A stretch of 64,000 nt of DNA from Synechococcales cyanobacterium SupBloom_Metag_052 (GCA_016463595.1 JAEMQZ010000002.1:588-64587), one strand, 5' to 3'; positions 49,323 to 60,002 are shown, numbered from the stretch's first letter. Notes: a model not told the origin generated them from the letters alone. Program-made: numbers and translations.

Positions 49323-51851
49323 CTAGCTGCGCAGCTGGGCCTGGAACTGGCTCTCCAGGGCGGTGCGAACCGCCTGATGGGCCTGCTCCACTTCGGCTTC
49401 CGTGAGGGTGCGTTTGGCATCGCGGTAGCGCAACCGGAAAGCCTGGCTGCAGCAGCCGGCAGCCACCTGGGCCCCCTCATAGCGATCGAGGAGGTCGGCC
49501 TGCTCCAGCAGGGGCTTGCCGGCCTTGCGGATCGCCGCCAGCAACTGGCCACAGCTGACGCTGGTGGGCACCACCAGGGCCAGGTCCCGTTCCGAGGCTG
49601 GCACGGTGGCGTAGGCGGCAAAGCTGGGCTGGAAGCGATTGCGGCGGGTGGCTGCGCTCAGCAAGGGTGCCAGCTCCAGTTCAAACAAATGGGTGGCCTC
49701 CGGCAGGTCAAGGGCTTCGGCCTGGAGCGGATGGAGTTGGCCAAACCAGCCCACGGGTCGACCCTCGATCAGGAGCTGGGCCGACCGGCCGGGGTGCAGG
49801 AGGGCTGGGTCCGCAGGGTTGGCGAGGAGTCGATCATCGGCGGGGATCCCAAGGGCCGAAAGGGCCTGCTGCAGGAGGCCCCTGGCCTGGTAATAGTTCG
49901 GAGCCATGGGCTTGCCGCCTGCGCTCCAGAGCTCGGAGCAGCGACTCCCACAAACAATCCCGCCCAAACGCTGGCTTTGGCTGGGGCCCTTGGCAGCTGG
50001 GGCAAAAACGGTGCCGATCTCAAAGGCCCAGAAACCGGAGCGACCGGCCTGCAGGTTGCGGCGGGCCGCAAGCAGTAACTCCTCAACCAAACCATCCCGC
50101 AGGTGGCTGTAGTCGGCCAGGAGCGGATTGGCGAGGGGGACCCGGACCGAGAGCGCTGGCTCCCCTGCCCCGGCTTCTGCCCCTGCGGCACCGAGCACGC
50201 TGCTGGCTGGTCCAAGGGAGAGATGGCAAGTTTCCTGGAGGCCGGCGGCGGCCAGGGCGCGGCGCAGGCGCCGTTGCACCTGCTGGTCGGGGCTGAGGCC
50301 ACCCGGTTCAAGGGGATCGGGCAGGTGGGCGGCAAAGCGGTCGTAGCCCACCAGCCGGGCTACCTCCTCGATCAGATCAACTTCACGTCGCAGGTCCTGG
50401 CTGCGGGACGGGGGCACGACCACATCCCAGCCTTCACCGCTGGCCCGTTCGACCAACTGGCAGCCCAGGGCCGTCAAGGTGTGGACGATCTGCCCATCTT
50501 CAAGATCGTCCAGCTCACCGGGCTCACCGTCCAGCACCTGCACGGGACCAAGCAGCTGATGCAAAGCATCGCGGCGCAGCAGCAGGGGCTCCGGTTCGGA
50601 GGCCGGGCGTTGGTGACACCAACGGCCAACTGTGCTGGCGCCGCAGAGCTCTTGCAGGAGGGCCACGGCCCGATCGGCCGCCGCCAGGGTGACCTCAGGC
50701 GGCAATCCCTTTTCAAACCGAGTGCTGGCATCGGTGCGCAGGCCGGCACTGCGGGCACTACGGCGTACCGCCTGGGGTGCGAACACCGCCGCCTCCAGCC
50801 AAATGTCCGTGGTGCCGTTTGTGACGGCGCTATCGGCACCACCCATCACCCCGGCGAGGGCAATCGGTGCGTTGGCGTAGGTGACAACAAGGGCCTCCTC
50901 GCTGAGCGTGTGCTCCGTGCCATCCAGGCTCCGAAAGGCTTCCGCGCCGGTGGCCTGGCGTAGGCCGATGGCGGAGATCTGGGCGCCTGGCCCAGCAGCG
51001 TTGGTTTGTCCCAGGCTGGCTAGGCGGGCCGCATCGAAGGCATGCAGGGGCTGGCCGGTTTCCAACATGACCAGATTGGTGATGTCGACCACCGCATTGA
51101 TTGGCCTGAGGCCAGAGCGCTCCAGCCGGCTCTGCAGCCAGCGCGGCGAAGGACCGACCTGGATGCCCGTCAGGGCCGTGAGGCTGTACAAGCCTCCCGC
51201 TTCCATGGCGGTTAGTTGTTCTTCCCCTAGGGGCAAGGGCTGGGCGGGGATGGCCGGATCGGCCGGAGGCAGGGTTAGGGCTGCTCCAGTAAGGGCGGCC
51301 ACCTCGCGGGCAATGCCCCGTAGCGACAGGCCATCGGGCCGGTTGGCGGTGATCGCCAGCTCCAACACCTGGTCATCAAGGCCCAAGCTGGGACCCACGG
51401 GCGATCCAAGCGCGGGCACCAGCTCGAGCAGGTCACCAAGCACGGCAATGCCGTCGGAGCTGTCAGCCAGGCCCAGCTCCTTGAGGGAGCAAATCATGCC
51501 GCTGCTGGCCACGCCCCGTAGTTCGGCCGGCTTGATCGTGAGGTCAACGGCGGGAAGGTAGGCGCCAACGGTGGCCACGGGCACATGGATGCCGGCCCGC
51601 ACATTGGCAGCGCCACAGACAATCTGCAGCGGTTCGGCGGCGCCGATCTGCACTCGGCAGACACTCAGCTTGTCGGCATTGGGATGGGGCTCGCGTTGCT
51701 CCACGTAGCCCACCACCACACCGGCGGCTTGGGCGGCGAGATCCTCCAACCCATCGAGTTCGAAGCCGGCCATTGAGAGGCGATCGCCTAGCTCGCTAGC
51801 CGGCAGATCACAGGCCACGAGCTCCCGCAGCCATTGGAGCGAGACCCGCAT
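49323..51851 (-). CDS. pheT: Phenylalanyl-tRNA synthetase beta subunit
   Basis: N-terminal tRNA-binding domain (HPNADKLSVCRVQIG), B3/4 and B5 domains, and a C-terminal FDX-ACB domain. 842 aa. Confidence 0.93.
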   Translation of the reverse strand: MRVSLQWLRELVACDLPASELGDRLSMAGFELDGLEDLAAQAAGVVVGYVEQREPHPNADKLSVCRVQIGAAEPLQIVCGAANVRAGIHVPVATVGAYLPAVDLTIKPAELRGVASSGMICSLKELGLADSSDGIAVLGDLLELVPALGSPVGPSLGLDDQVLELAITANRPDGLSLRGIAREVAALTGAALTLPPADPAIPAQPLPLGEEQLTAMEAGGLYSLTALTGIQVGPSPRWLQSRLERSGLRPINAVVDITNLVMLETGQPLHAFDAARLASLGQTNAAGPGAQISAIGLRQATGAEAFRSLDGTEHTLSEEALVVTYANAPIALAGVMGGADSAVTNGTTDIWLEAAVFAPQAVRRSARSAGLRTDASTRFEKGLPPEVTLAAADRAVALLQELCGASTVGRWCHQRPASEPEPLLLRRDALHQLLGPVQVLDGEPGELDDLEDGQIVHTLTALGCQLVERASGEGWDVVVPPSRSQDLRREVDLIEEVARLVGYDRFAAHLPDPLEPGGLSPDQQVQRRLRRALAAAGLQETCHLSLGPASSVLGAAGAEAGAGEPALSVRVPLANPLLADYSHLRDGLVEELLLAARRNLQAGRSGFWAFEIGTVFAPAAKGPSQSQRLGGIVCGSRCSELWSAGGKPMAPNYYQARGLLQQALSALGIPADDRLLANPADPALLHPGRSAQLLIEGRPVGWFGQLHPLQAEALDLPEATHLFELELAPLLSAATRRNRFQPSFAAYATVPASERDLALVVPTSVSCGQLLAAIRKAGKPLLEQADLLDRYEGAQVAAGCCSQAFRLRYRDAKRTLTEAEVEQAHQAVRTALESQFQAQLRS

Positions 51852-51966
51852 CGACGTAAGGGGGAAGTGGCATCAATCCTAGGCACCGGCCTTGGCAGCA
51901 CTGGGTCAGGCGACGGGGTAAGGTGTTGCATTGTTATTTGCATCGCAACAGCGGCGCAACGTCCTT

Positions 51967-52161
51967 ATGGCCAAAAACAAGGGCGTCCGGCTCGTGATCA
52001 CTCTTGAGTGCACCGAATGCCGGTCCAACCCCGCGAAGCGTTCTCCCGGTGTGTCCCGATACACCACCGAGAAGAACCGCCGCAACACGACCGAGCGGAT
52101 TGAACTGAAGAAGTTCTGCACCCATTGCAACAAGTCCACGGTTCACAAGGAAATCAAGTGA
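51967..52161 (+). CDS. rpmG: 50S ribosomal protein L33
   Basis: [64 protein letters not shown]. Confidence 0.93.
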   Translation: MAKNKGVRLVITLECTECRSNPAKRSPGVSRYTTEKNRRNTTERIELKKFCTHCNKSTVHKEIK

Positions 52162-52198
52162 TCCTCGCCTTGCTGCCCACCCCTTCTTCCGTTCATCC

Positions 52199-52420
52199 AT
52201 GACCAGCTCCTTTTTCAAAAAGCGCCTGTCGCCCATCAAGCCCGGCGATCCGATCGATTACAAGGATGTGGACCTCCTTAAGAAGTTCATCACCGAGCGC
52301 GGCAAGATCCTGGCCCGCCGCCTCACCGGCCTAACCGCCCAACAGCAGCGCGACCTCACCAACGCCGTGAAGCGGGCCCGCATCATGGCCCTGCTGCCCT
52401 TCGTCAATCCTGAGGGCTAA
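52199..52420 (+). CDS. rpsR: 30S ribosomal protein S18
   Basis: [50 protein letters not shown]. Confidence 0.93.
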   Translation: MTSSFFKKRLSPIKPGDPIDYKDVDLLKKFITERGKILARRLTGLTAQQQRDLTNAVKRARIMALLPFVNPEG

Positions 52421-52437
52421 CCCCCCCGGAGAGTTCC

Positions 52438-54492
52438 TTGCAAAACGGCGACCTGGTCGGAGTTCAGACCCGTTCAGGTCCCCGTTTGGCCCTGGTTTCC
52501 GAGCTTCATGGCAGCAAAGCTGCCGTTTTGGTTGGATTTGAAGCCAAGCCCGAGCGCCTGCCCCTGCGGGACCTGGACCTAATCTCGCCCCTGCCCCCAG
52601 GCGCGGCCCCCGCGGCCAGCCTGGGGGCTTTGCCTTGGCAGCTCACACCTGCAGTGCTGTTAGCGGCCAGCCCCAGCCGGCAGGACCTGGCCGCCGCCTG
52701 GCTTCTCCTCGAGGGCGAAGCAGGGCCCCTGTCCTTGCAAGCCTTAGTGGAATTGCTGGCTGCTGAAGCTACAGCCCAGGCCCTGGCGGCCTGTTGGCTG
52801 CTGTTGCCCCAGCAAGATTTCTTTCGTTGGCGCCAGGGCCAGGTTCAGCGCCGCAGCCTTGATGACCTCCACCAGTTGCGCCGGGATCGTCGCAAGCTGG
52901 TCTTGCGCGAGATCCGCCGCCACCAGTGGCATGGGCTCCTGGCCGCCCGTCAGCCCTTGGGCTCCGAGCAACTAGCCGCTGCCCAGCCTGAGCAACGGGC
53001 AGAACTAGATGCCCTGCAGACCTGGGCCCTGGTCGAGGATGCGGGATCACCATCTCCGGAGCTGCGCCAGACTCTGCAGGCCGCTGGCTGCGGGCAAAGC
53101 AGCGGCGAGATCCGCCGCCTGCTCAGCGACCTGGGCCTCTGGGACGCCCATCGCCTCCCCAGCCTGGCGGGCACTACCTGGTCGGCCGGATTCAGTCCAG
53201 AGCTGCTCGCCCTGGCGGCGGATCTAGCCGCTCGCTCCCACGAGGCCTGGCCCGGCGACGACGCCCGCCTGGATCTCACCGGCCTCAAAACCGTGACGAT
53301 CGACGACGCCGACACCCGCGAAATCGACGACGCTCTCTCGCTCGAGCCCAACGCTGACTCGGGTTGGCGCATCTGGATCCATGTGGCCGATCCGGGCCGG
53401 CTCGTGGCCGCCGGTAGCCCCCTGGATCAGGAGGCCTTCCGGCGGGCCAGCAGCCTTTACCTGGCCGGCGGCAGTGTGCCGATGTTCCCGCCCGACCTCT
53501 CGATGGGACCCTTCAGCCTCTGCCAAGGCCAACGATGCGCCGCCTGGAGCCTGGCAGTACAGCTCGATGGCGAGGGGGCTGTGGTGAGCCACGAGCTCCA
53601 TCGCTCCTGGATCCGACCCCTTTACCGGCTCACCTATGAGGATGCCGACGAACTGATCGAGTTGGCGCCGCCTCCCGATCAGGAGCTTGCCGTGCTCGAT
53701 GGCCTCTTGCAGCGCCGTCGCCAATGGCGCCAAGCCCAGGGCTCCCTGCAGATGGATCAAAGCGAGGGCCGTATCCGCCAGCAGAACGGCAGGCCGGAAC
53801 TTGAGGTGGTGGAGCCTTCACTGTCGCGACTGCTGGTGGCCGAGGCCATGATCCTGGCCGGGGCCGTGGTGGGGACGCTTGGCGCCGAGACCGGCCTGGC
53901 CCTGCCCTACCGCAGCCAGCCGGAGTGCACGCTGCCGCCGGAAGCGGAACTGCTCGCCTTACCACCCGGACCCGTGCGCCATGCGGCTTTGCGCAAGGGT
54001 CTCAGTCGCGGCTTGACCACGGCCCAGCCGGCCTCCCACTTCAGCCTGGGCCTGGCGGCCTACGTGCAGATCACCTCCCCGATCCGCCGCTACGGCGACC
54101 TCATTGCCCAACGCCAACTCGCGGCCCGGGCCGTTGGCGAGCCCGTGATGGCCGCCGAAGCGCTCAGTGAACGTTTGGAGCAACTGGATCACTCCCTGCG
54201 CCAAGGCATCCAGATCAGTCGCGATGACCAACGTCACTGGCAGCAGGTGTGGTTTGAAGCCCACCAGCAGGAGAGCTTCGAGGGGCTTTTCTTGCGGTGG
54301 CTGAAGCCCCAGGACGGCTTGGCCCTGGTGCGGCTTGACGCCCTGGCCATGGACCTGCCGGTGGTTGTGCGCGAGACCTGTGAACCGGGTGAAGCGCTGG
54401 TGGTGAGGGTAAAGGAGGTGGATTCTTTTGCGGATCTGCTGCGGCTTGTGGGCCAGAGGGGGACAGGCCCCCGGGGCCTCGGCCCCGGCTAA
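52438..54492 (+). CDS. rnb: RNB-family exoribonuclease (RNase II/R-like)
   Basis: RNB motifs TIDDADTREIDDALSLE and ITSPIRRYGDLIAQRQL. TTG start as given in the track. Confidence 0.8.
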   Translation: MQNGDLVGVQTRSGPRLALVSELHGSKAAVLVGFEAKPERLPLRDLDLISPLPPGAAPAASLGALPWQLTPAVLLAASPSRQDLAAAWLLLEGEAGPLSLQALVELLAAEATAQALAACWLLLPQQDFFRWRQGQVQRRSLDDLHQLRRDRRKLVLREIRRHQWHGLLAARQPLGSEQLAAAQPEQRAELDALQTWALVEDAGSPSPELRQTLQAAGCGQSSGEIRRLLSDLGLWDAHRLPSLAGTTWSAGFSPELLALAADLAARSHEAWPGDDARLDLTGLKTVTIDDADTREIDDALSLEPNADSGWRIWIHVADPGRLVAAGSPLDQEAFRRASSLYLAGGSVPMFPPDLSMGPFSLCQGQRCAAWSLAVQLDGEGAVVSHELHRSWIRPLYRLTYEDADELIELAPPPDQELAVLDGLLQRRRQWRQAQGSLQMDQSEGRIRQQNGRPELEVVEPSLSRLLVAEAMILAGAVVGTLGAETGLALPYRSQPECTLPPEAELLALPPGPVRHAALRKGLSRGLTTAQPASHFSLGLAAYVQITSPIRRYGDLIAQRQLAARAVGEPVMAAEALSERLEQLDHSLRQGIQISRDDQRHWQQVWFEAHQQESFEGLFLRWLKPQDGLALVRLDALAMDLPVVVRETCEPGEALVVRVKEVDSFADLLRLVGQRGTGPRGLGPG

Positions 54493-54552
54493 AGCCAGCC
54501 AGGCCTGGTTGAACCGGCCACGCTTCACCGGGGCAGGCTCACCGAGGCAGGC

Positions 54553-56352
54553 TTAACGGGCCAGGCGAGACACCCGCAGCCAGGGCCCCCAGGGGTTGAG
54601 ACAACCAATCAGCTCGACCTCCTGGGGCTGCCCTAAGTCAGCCAACCAGTGGTGCAAGGCAGGCTCCAGGGTGATCAGGGGCCAGCGGCCCGCGCCATTG
54701 CTGAAGCTGTAGCCCCCAGAACCATCGGGGCTAATCCAGCCCTGCCAGAGGGATTCCAGCGGTTCCGAGCTGCCACTTTGGGGCCTAGGCGCCGTGCCCC
54801 CGCCAAAGCGACCGTTGCTGCCTAGCAGGGAGGGATCATCCAGCACGCGGCGTTGGCGCTCAGCCCAGCGGGGGTGGTGCCAAGGGGTATCCCAGAGGGG
54901 TATGGGGCCCGCCGGTGCCAGGGGGTCGCTGAGCAGGGCCTCTTGAAGTTGACGCACAGGCAATGCGGCCGGCGGAATCTTGTTTTTCCAGCAGAGGGCC
55001 GCTGCCAGACCCGCCGCCTGGCCGATGTTGAAGATGAGGGGTTGGAGCCGGGTGGCGCCATTGGCCATGTGGCTGCTGCTGAAGCATTTATCTGCTGCCA
55101 GCAGGTTGTCGATGCCGGAGCTGACCAGGGCCCCATAGGGGATGCAAAAGGGGGTACCGGTCCAACGGCCTCCCCAGCGGCAACTCTTGGCAGCCAGGGG
55201 CCAGTCCGCCCCCGGATAGTGGTGATCGTTGGGATAGTTGCCCACGGCGATGGAACGGATGGCGCCCTGGCCGTCGAGGGGCAGGGGCGCGATCGCCTCC
55301 CCTGGAGCGCAGGGAAGCAGCTGCTGCTCGGTTACCACCTCAAGCCCGACCAAACGGCGGCCCTCGCGCCAGTAGGGCATCAGGGCCAGGGATCCGGGAC
55401 CCTGGAGGCGAGGGCTTGCCATCCGGTCCCCGGCCATGGGGAAGGCCTGGCCGGGTTGCAACCAGCCGTCTGTGGCACTGATTAACCCCTCCAGAAAGGC
55501 CTCGCTATGGGCACGCATTGCCGCCATCAGCTCGCCGTAATCGGGGGAGCCTGGCTGGAAGGCGGCCGCCAGACCCTGGTGCCAATCATTGCCCTGTAGG
55601 GGCCAATTCAGCATGACCAAGCCACCGGGCAGGCGGCCGTAGCTGAGGGTGCGCTCCAGGCCGAAGGCCTCGCTGGCGGCGGTGAAGGGCGCTGGCAGGC
55701 TCGACCCTGGGGGGCAGGTCCCCGGGCCCAGCTGGCCCATCACCACCCAGGTGGGGGATTGCACCACCTGTTGGTGGAAAAAGGACTGACCCACCTGGGC
55801 CTGGAGGCTGGGGGCGCTGGGTTCCCCCCAGGTCTCCTGGGGCTCCCAGCCGAGTCGGTAAGGGGCCCCCACCAGGGGGAATAGGTCACCGAGATCACTG
55901 CCATCGATCAGCAGGTCGAGGGCGAGGTGGATGGCTTCTCCCTCCCGTTCGATCTCCAGGGCCCCAACCCTGTTGCCGAGCCGTTTAGCCCCCAGTAGGC
56001 GCACCTCCGGCCACCAGCGCAGTAAGGGCTCCGCCCCCACCCAACGGCGCAGGATCGCCTCCGCCGTAGCGGGCCGGTAGCCGAAGCAACTCACCCAGTT
56101 GTGGTCGAGGCCCTCCGGTTCCTGGCGTTGCAAGTCCCGCAGGAAGGCACCCCAGAGGCCGGTTTGCCAGCAGCTCAATTCGTTGCCATCGGGGGCGCAG
56201 ACCCCGGCGGCACTCACCATCCCCCCCAGCCAGGGCCCGGGGGTGAGTAACAGGGTGGGGGCACCGGAGCGGGCCGATTGCAGGGCAGCCGCCACCCCGC
56301 CCGTGCCCCCGCCCCAAACCACAACGGCGGCGTGTTCCTGGATCAGAACCAT
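54553..56352 (-). CDS. FAD-dependent oxidoreductase of unknown specificity
   Basis: N-terminal dinucleotide-binding motif VVVWGGGTGGVAAALQSARSG. 599 aa. No catalytic family recognised beyond that motif. Confidence 0.65.
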   Translation of the reverse strand: MVLIQEHAAVVVWGGGTGGVAAALQSARSGAPTLLLTPGPWLGGMVSAAGVCAPDGNELSCWQTGLWGAFLRDLQRQEPEGLDHNWVSCFGYRPATAEAILRRWVGAEPLLRWWPEVRLLGAKRLGNRVGALEIEREGEAIHLALDLLIDGSDLGDLFPLVGAPYRLGWEPQETWGEPSAPSLQAQVGQSFFHQQVVQSPTWVVMGQLGPGTCPPGSSLPAPFTAASEAFGLERTLSYGRLPGGLVMLNWPLQGNDWHQGLAAAFQPGSPDYGELMAAMRAHSEAFLEGLISATDGWLQPGQAFPMAGDRMASPRLQGPGSLALMPYWREGRRLVGLEVVTEQQLLPCAPGEAIAPLPLDGQGAIRSIAVGNYPNDHHYPGADWPLAAKSCRWGGRWTGTPFCIPYGALVSSGIDNLLAADKCFSSSHMANGATRLQPLIFNIGQAAGLAAALCWKNKIPPAALPVRQLQEALLSDPLAPAGPIPLWDTPWHHPRWAERQRRVLDDPSLLGSNGRFGGGTAPRPQSGSSEPLESLWQGWISPDGSGGYSFSNGAGRWPLITLEPALHHWLADLGQPQEVELIGCLNPWGPWLRVSRLAR

Positions 56353-56541
56353 GGGCAGCAGCGGGCGTAACGGGACAGGACTGGCCTTGGATTTAGCAGG
56401 AGGCAGCCGCGCGGCTCCGCCAAGGCGGGCACACTCCAGGCCGGAAGGGCCTGGTCAGACGCTGGTTAGGATCCGGCCTCGGCGGGGGCCGCCTGGGCGG
56501 CGCAGCGGGCCCGTCCGCACCGCCGATCCAGTTTCCAGCCG

Positions 56542-58125
56542 ATGACCTACACCCTCACAACACCGCTCTACTACGTCAACGACAAACCGCACCTCGGTAG
56601 TGCTTACACCACCCTGGCGTGCGATGCCCTGGCCCGGTTCCAGCGTCTCAAGGGTGAGGAGGTTGTATTGATCACCGGCTGCGATGAACATGGTCAGAAA
56701 ATTCAACGCACGGCCGAAGCTGCCGGCCTAAGTCCCCAGGCCCATTGCGATCGAATTAGCGCCCAATACCACCAGCTTTGGCAGCAGTGGCAGATCAGCA
56801 ATGACCGTTTCATCCGCACCAGCGATCCCCGCCACCGCCGCATTGTTCACGAGTTTTTTGGCCGGGTTGAGGCCAATGGTGATGTGGTGGAGGGGCGCCA
56901 GCAGGGCTGGTACTGCGTCGCTTGTGAGGAATTTAAGGATGATCCGGCCGGCGCCCTCGATCCCCAGTGCTTGGTGCATCAGCGGTCCCTGGAATGGCGC
57001 GATGAGGTCAATCTTTTTTTCAGGCTTTCCCGCTACCAGGAGCAGATCGAGGCCCTGATCGCCCAACCGGAGTTCATCCAGCCAGCCAGCCGCCGGCGCG
57101 AGGTGCAGAACTTCGTGGCCCAGGGCTTGCGCGATTTTTCAATTTCCCGGGTCAACCTGCCCTGGGGCATCCCGGTGCCGGGCCATGACGGTCATACCTT
57201 TTATGTGTGGTTCGATGCCCTGCTCGGCTACCTAACGGCCCTACTCGAGGGTCAAGGGGATGGGGAGACCAGCGAAGCCGGTCTCGGAGAGCTCAGCCAA
57301 CGGGGCTGGCCGGCCCAGGTCCATGTAATCGGCAAGGACATCCTGCGCTTCCATGCCGTCTATTGGCCGGCGATGTTGCTCTCGGCCGGACTGGAGCTGC
57401 CCAAGCAGGTCTTTGGCCATGGCTTCCTCACCCGCGAAGGCCAAAAGATGGGTAAATCGATCGGCAACGTGCTCGATCCCGAGGCCCTGCTGGAGCGCTG
57501 CGGCGCCGATGCGGTGCGCTGGTATTTGCTGCGCGACATCCCCTTTGGCGATGACGGCGATTTCCAGCAGCAACGCTTTGTCGATCTCGTCAATAACGAC
57601 CTGGCTAACACGGTTGGCAACATGCTCAACCGCACCAGTGCCATGGCCCGCCGCTGGTTCGAGGGCACCGTGCCCCCTGCCGGCGCCGCCCAAAACGCCG
57701 ACCACCCCCTGGCTCAGGCGGCCAACGCTGCCATTGGCCTGGTGATCCCCAGCCTGGAAACGCTGGATTTTCGGGGCGCAGCCGAAGCCAGCCTGCAATT
57801 AGCCATTGCCGCCAACGGTTTTCTCAATATTCAGGCCCCCTGGAGTTTGATGAAGAAGGAGGGCAACCAAGACCAGGTGGCTGCCGACCTCTATGCCGTG
57901 CTGGAGGCGGCCCGGCTGGTGGCCCTGTTGCTGGGGCCCCTGGTGCCCGACCTCTCGGCGCGGATGCTGGAGCAATTGGCCCAGGCCCCCCTGAACTCCG
58001 GCCCTAACCAAACCAACGGCACCCCCTGGCTGCAACAACTGCAGTGGGGCCAGCTGGCCGTGGGCTCCCCCTTGCCCGAACCGGCCCCGGTGATGGCGCG
58101 GCTTGAGCTGGATGGACCCCTGTGA
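56542..58125 (+). CDS. metG: Methionyl-tRNA synthetase
   Basis: HIGH-type motif PHLGSAYT and KMSKS-type motif KMGKSIGN. 527 aa. Confidence 0.95.
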   Translation: MTYTLTTPLYYVNDKPHLGSAYTTLACDALARFQRLKGEEVVLITGCDEHGQKIQRTAEAAGLSPQAHCDRISAQYHQLWQQWQISNDRFIRTSDPRHRRIVHEFFGRVEANGDVVEGRQQGWYCVACEEFKDDPAGALDPQCLVHQRSLEWRDEVNLFFRLSRYQEQIEALIAQPEFIQPASRRREVQNFVAQGLRDFSISRVNLPWGIPVPGHDGHTFYVWFDALLGYLTALLEGQGDGETSEAGLGELSQRGWPAQVHVIGKDILRFHAVYWPAMLLSAGLELPKQVFGHGFLTREGQKMGKSIGNVLDPEALLERCGADAVRWYLLRDIPFGDDGDFQQQRFVDLVNNDLANTVGNMLNRTSAMARRWFEGTVPPAGAAQNADHPLAQAANAAIGLVIPSLETLDFRGAAEASLQLAIAANGFLNIQAPWSLMKKEGNQDQVAADLYAVLEAARLVALLLGPLVPDLSARMLEQLAQAPLNSGPNQTNGTPWLQQLQWGQLAVGSPLPEPAPVMARLELDGPL

Positions 58126-59342
58126 CCCGGCGACGTCTCCGGAATCTGGCGCGTGTCCTGCTCTTGCCTGGGTGCCTGGGCCTACTGGCTGGTTGCGAAA
58201 GCATCACGCCGAAGCAGGAAACCACGGAACCCTTTCTGTTCCGTTCCCTCGATCTGCGCCAACAGGATCCCCAGGGCCGTCCCGCCTGGTCGCTGACAAG
58301 CCCGGAGGCCCGCTACGACATTGCCAAACGGTTGGCCAAGGCCCGCCAACCGAGGGGCCTGATTTATCGCAACGGCCAGCCCCAGTACGACATTCGCGCT
58401 AACGGCGGCACGGTGCTCAACAACGGCGAGGTGATCCAGCTGGAAGGGGCCGTGGTCGTCACCCTGCTGGGACCCGATCCCGTGGAGATCCATGCCGACC
58501 AGTTGCGCTGGATTCCCCGCCAGGATCTGATGGAAATTGACCGACGCCCTTGGGCTAGGGATCAGCGCTCCCGGCTCAGTGCCGAGAGCGCCCGTTTTTA
58601 TGTTCTGCAGGACCGGCTCGAACTCAGGGGCAACCCCGAGTTACGTCAATGGACCTCTGCCGCCAAGGGGCGATCCAATTTCGATGGCCTGGGGCCCGCT
58701 GATCTGGTCTTGAAGACGACATCAGCCACCTGGCACCCCAGAACCGGCGTGCTGGTGGCCACTGGGCCGGTGCAGGGAACCCACCGCCAGAACCAGGGAT
58801 CAGGCCAGACCCTGCGGGCCCGGTCCCTAGGTGGCAACTTGCGCCAGCAGAGGCTGGTCCTGGAGGCCCCGGTTCAGGTCATTGATGCCAGCCGTAAGGC
58901 CGTGCTTGAGGCCCAGGGCACGGTCTGGGACCTGGCCGCCCGCCGCCTCAGCAGCGACGAGCCCTTCAAAGCCCGCATTGATCGCCTGCAGGTGCGGGGC
59001 GATCGCCTCTCGATCGACCTAGCCAACGAAACGGTGGCCATTCCCCAGGCCTGTCAATTGGTCCAGCCCGGGGAGCAATTACAAGCCAACCAGTGCCTCT
59101 GGCATTGGCCCAATGGCCAGATCAGGGCGATGGGAAAGGTGGTCGTGCGACGCCAAGCCAATCAGCAGATCACCCGGGCCGAGCAGCTCCAGGGCCAGAT
59201 TGGCAGCAATGGCTTGGCCCTATTCAGTTCGCCGGGGACGCGGGTGCAATCCCAGCTGAACCTGCCACCCCCTGGGTCGAAACCGCCGGGTGCGTCTAAA
59301 GCGAGCCGCCCTCGTCCGGTAGCGCCTCCAGTGATGTTCTGA
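58122..59342 (+). CDS. Lipoprotein with LptC/OstA-like repeats (tentative)
   Basis: Lipobox LLPGCLGLLAGC, followed by repeated beta-jellyroll-like segments (ADQLRWIPRQDLMEI, RLELRGNP). It overlaps the metG stop by 4 nt. Confidence 0.5.
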   Translation: MTRRRLRNLARVLLLPGCLGLLAGCESITPKQETTEPFLFRSLDLRQQDPQGRPAWSLTSPEARYDIAKRLAKARQPRGLIYRNGQPQYDIRANGGTVLNNGEVIQLEGAVVVTLLGPDPVEIHADQLRWIPRQDLMEIDRRPWARDQRSRLSAESARFYVLQDRLELRGNPELRQWTSAAKGRSNFDGLGPADLVLKTTSATWHPRTGVLVATGPVQGTHRQNQGSGQTLRARSLGGNLRQQRLVLEAPVQVIDASRKAVLEAQGTVWDLAARRLSSDEPFKARIDRLQVRGDRLSIDLANETVAIPQACQLVQPGEQLQANQCLWHWPNGQIRAMGKVVVRRQANQQITRAEQLQGQIGSNGLALFSSPGTRVQSQLNLPPPGSKPPGASKASRPRPVAPPVMF

Positions 59343-59937
59343 GCTTGCGGGCCCAGCCCTCCAGCCAGAGTTCATCACTGCGGCTGAAACAGCGAGGCGA
59401 CCAGCCGCCCAGGAGCAGCAGACCCTCGTCGCCGATCGGTTGAACCACCAAGGCGGGAAGACCCGCAGGTAAGGCGGCAAATTCATCCCGGCCTGGATAG
59501 AGGGCCAGATTCACCAGGGAAATGGCCTTGCCGGTGGCCAGGGCCCGTTGGCCAATCGGACCGACCAGGACGCTGCCGCTGCCGAGCAGGCCCCGACGTA
59601 ACAGGGTGCGCTGTTGCCAGAGCACCAGCACGGTCGCTCCTGGCGTGGCGGTCAACAACAACTGGCTGCCCCAGGCCAGTTCCAGCTTGAGGGCCTCGGG
59701 CAGGGAGTCATCGAGCTCCAATCCCTGGGGACCCTCCAGTTCCACGCGCTCGGGCGCCCTGGGCACGGCCCGGGTCCAAAGGGTGGCAACCAACAGGAAT
59801 CCAACCGCCAGCAGGCTGGCGAGCACGGAGGCCCGCACCAGGGGCGGGGTCAGCTCCGCCGCGCTGAACTGGTTAATCAGGCTAAGCAGCAGGGCGAGAA
59901 GACCGACGCCCAGGCAGGCCAGCGCAGGCCGTCCCAT
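59296..59937 (-). CDS. Membrane protein, possibly of the DUF2930 / CCB2-CCB4 family (tentative)
   Basis: Two N-terminal TM helices followed by a soluble domain. Family call is from memory only. Its 3' end overlaps the convergent 58122..59342 CDS by 47 nt. Confidence 0.4.
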   Translation of the reverse strand: MGRPALACLGVGLLALLLSLINQFSAAELTPPLVRASVLASLLAVGFLLVATLWTRAVPRAPERVELEGPQGLELDDSLPEALKLELAWGSQLLLTATPGATVLVLWQQRTLLRRGLLGSGSVLVGPIGQRALATGKAISLVNLALYPGRDEFAALPAGLPALVVQPIGDEGLLLLGGWSPRCFSRSDELWLEGWARKLRTSLEALPDEGGSL

Positions 59938-60002
59938 TGCTCCAGTGCAGGGATTGGGCCAAGGTTGTCACAGACGGGCCGACTGAGGTCAAACTGGGGG
60001 CC

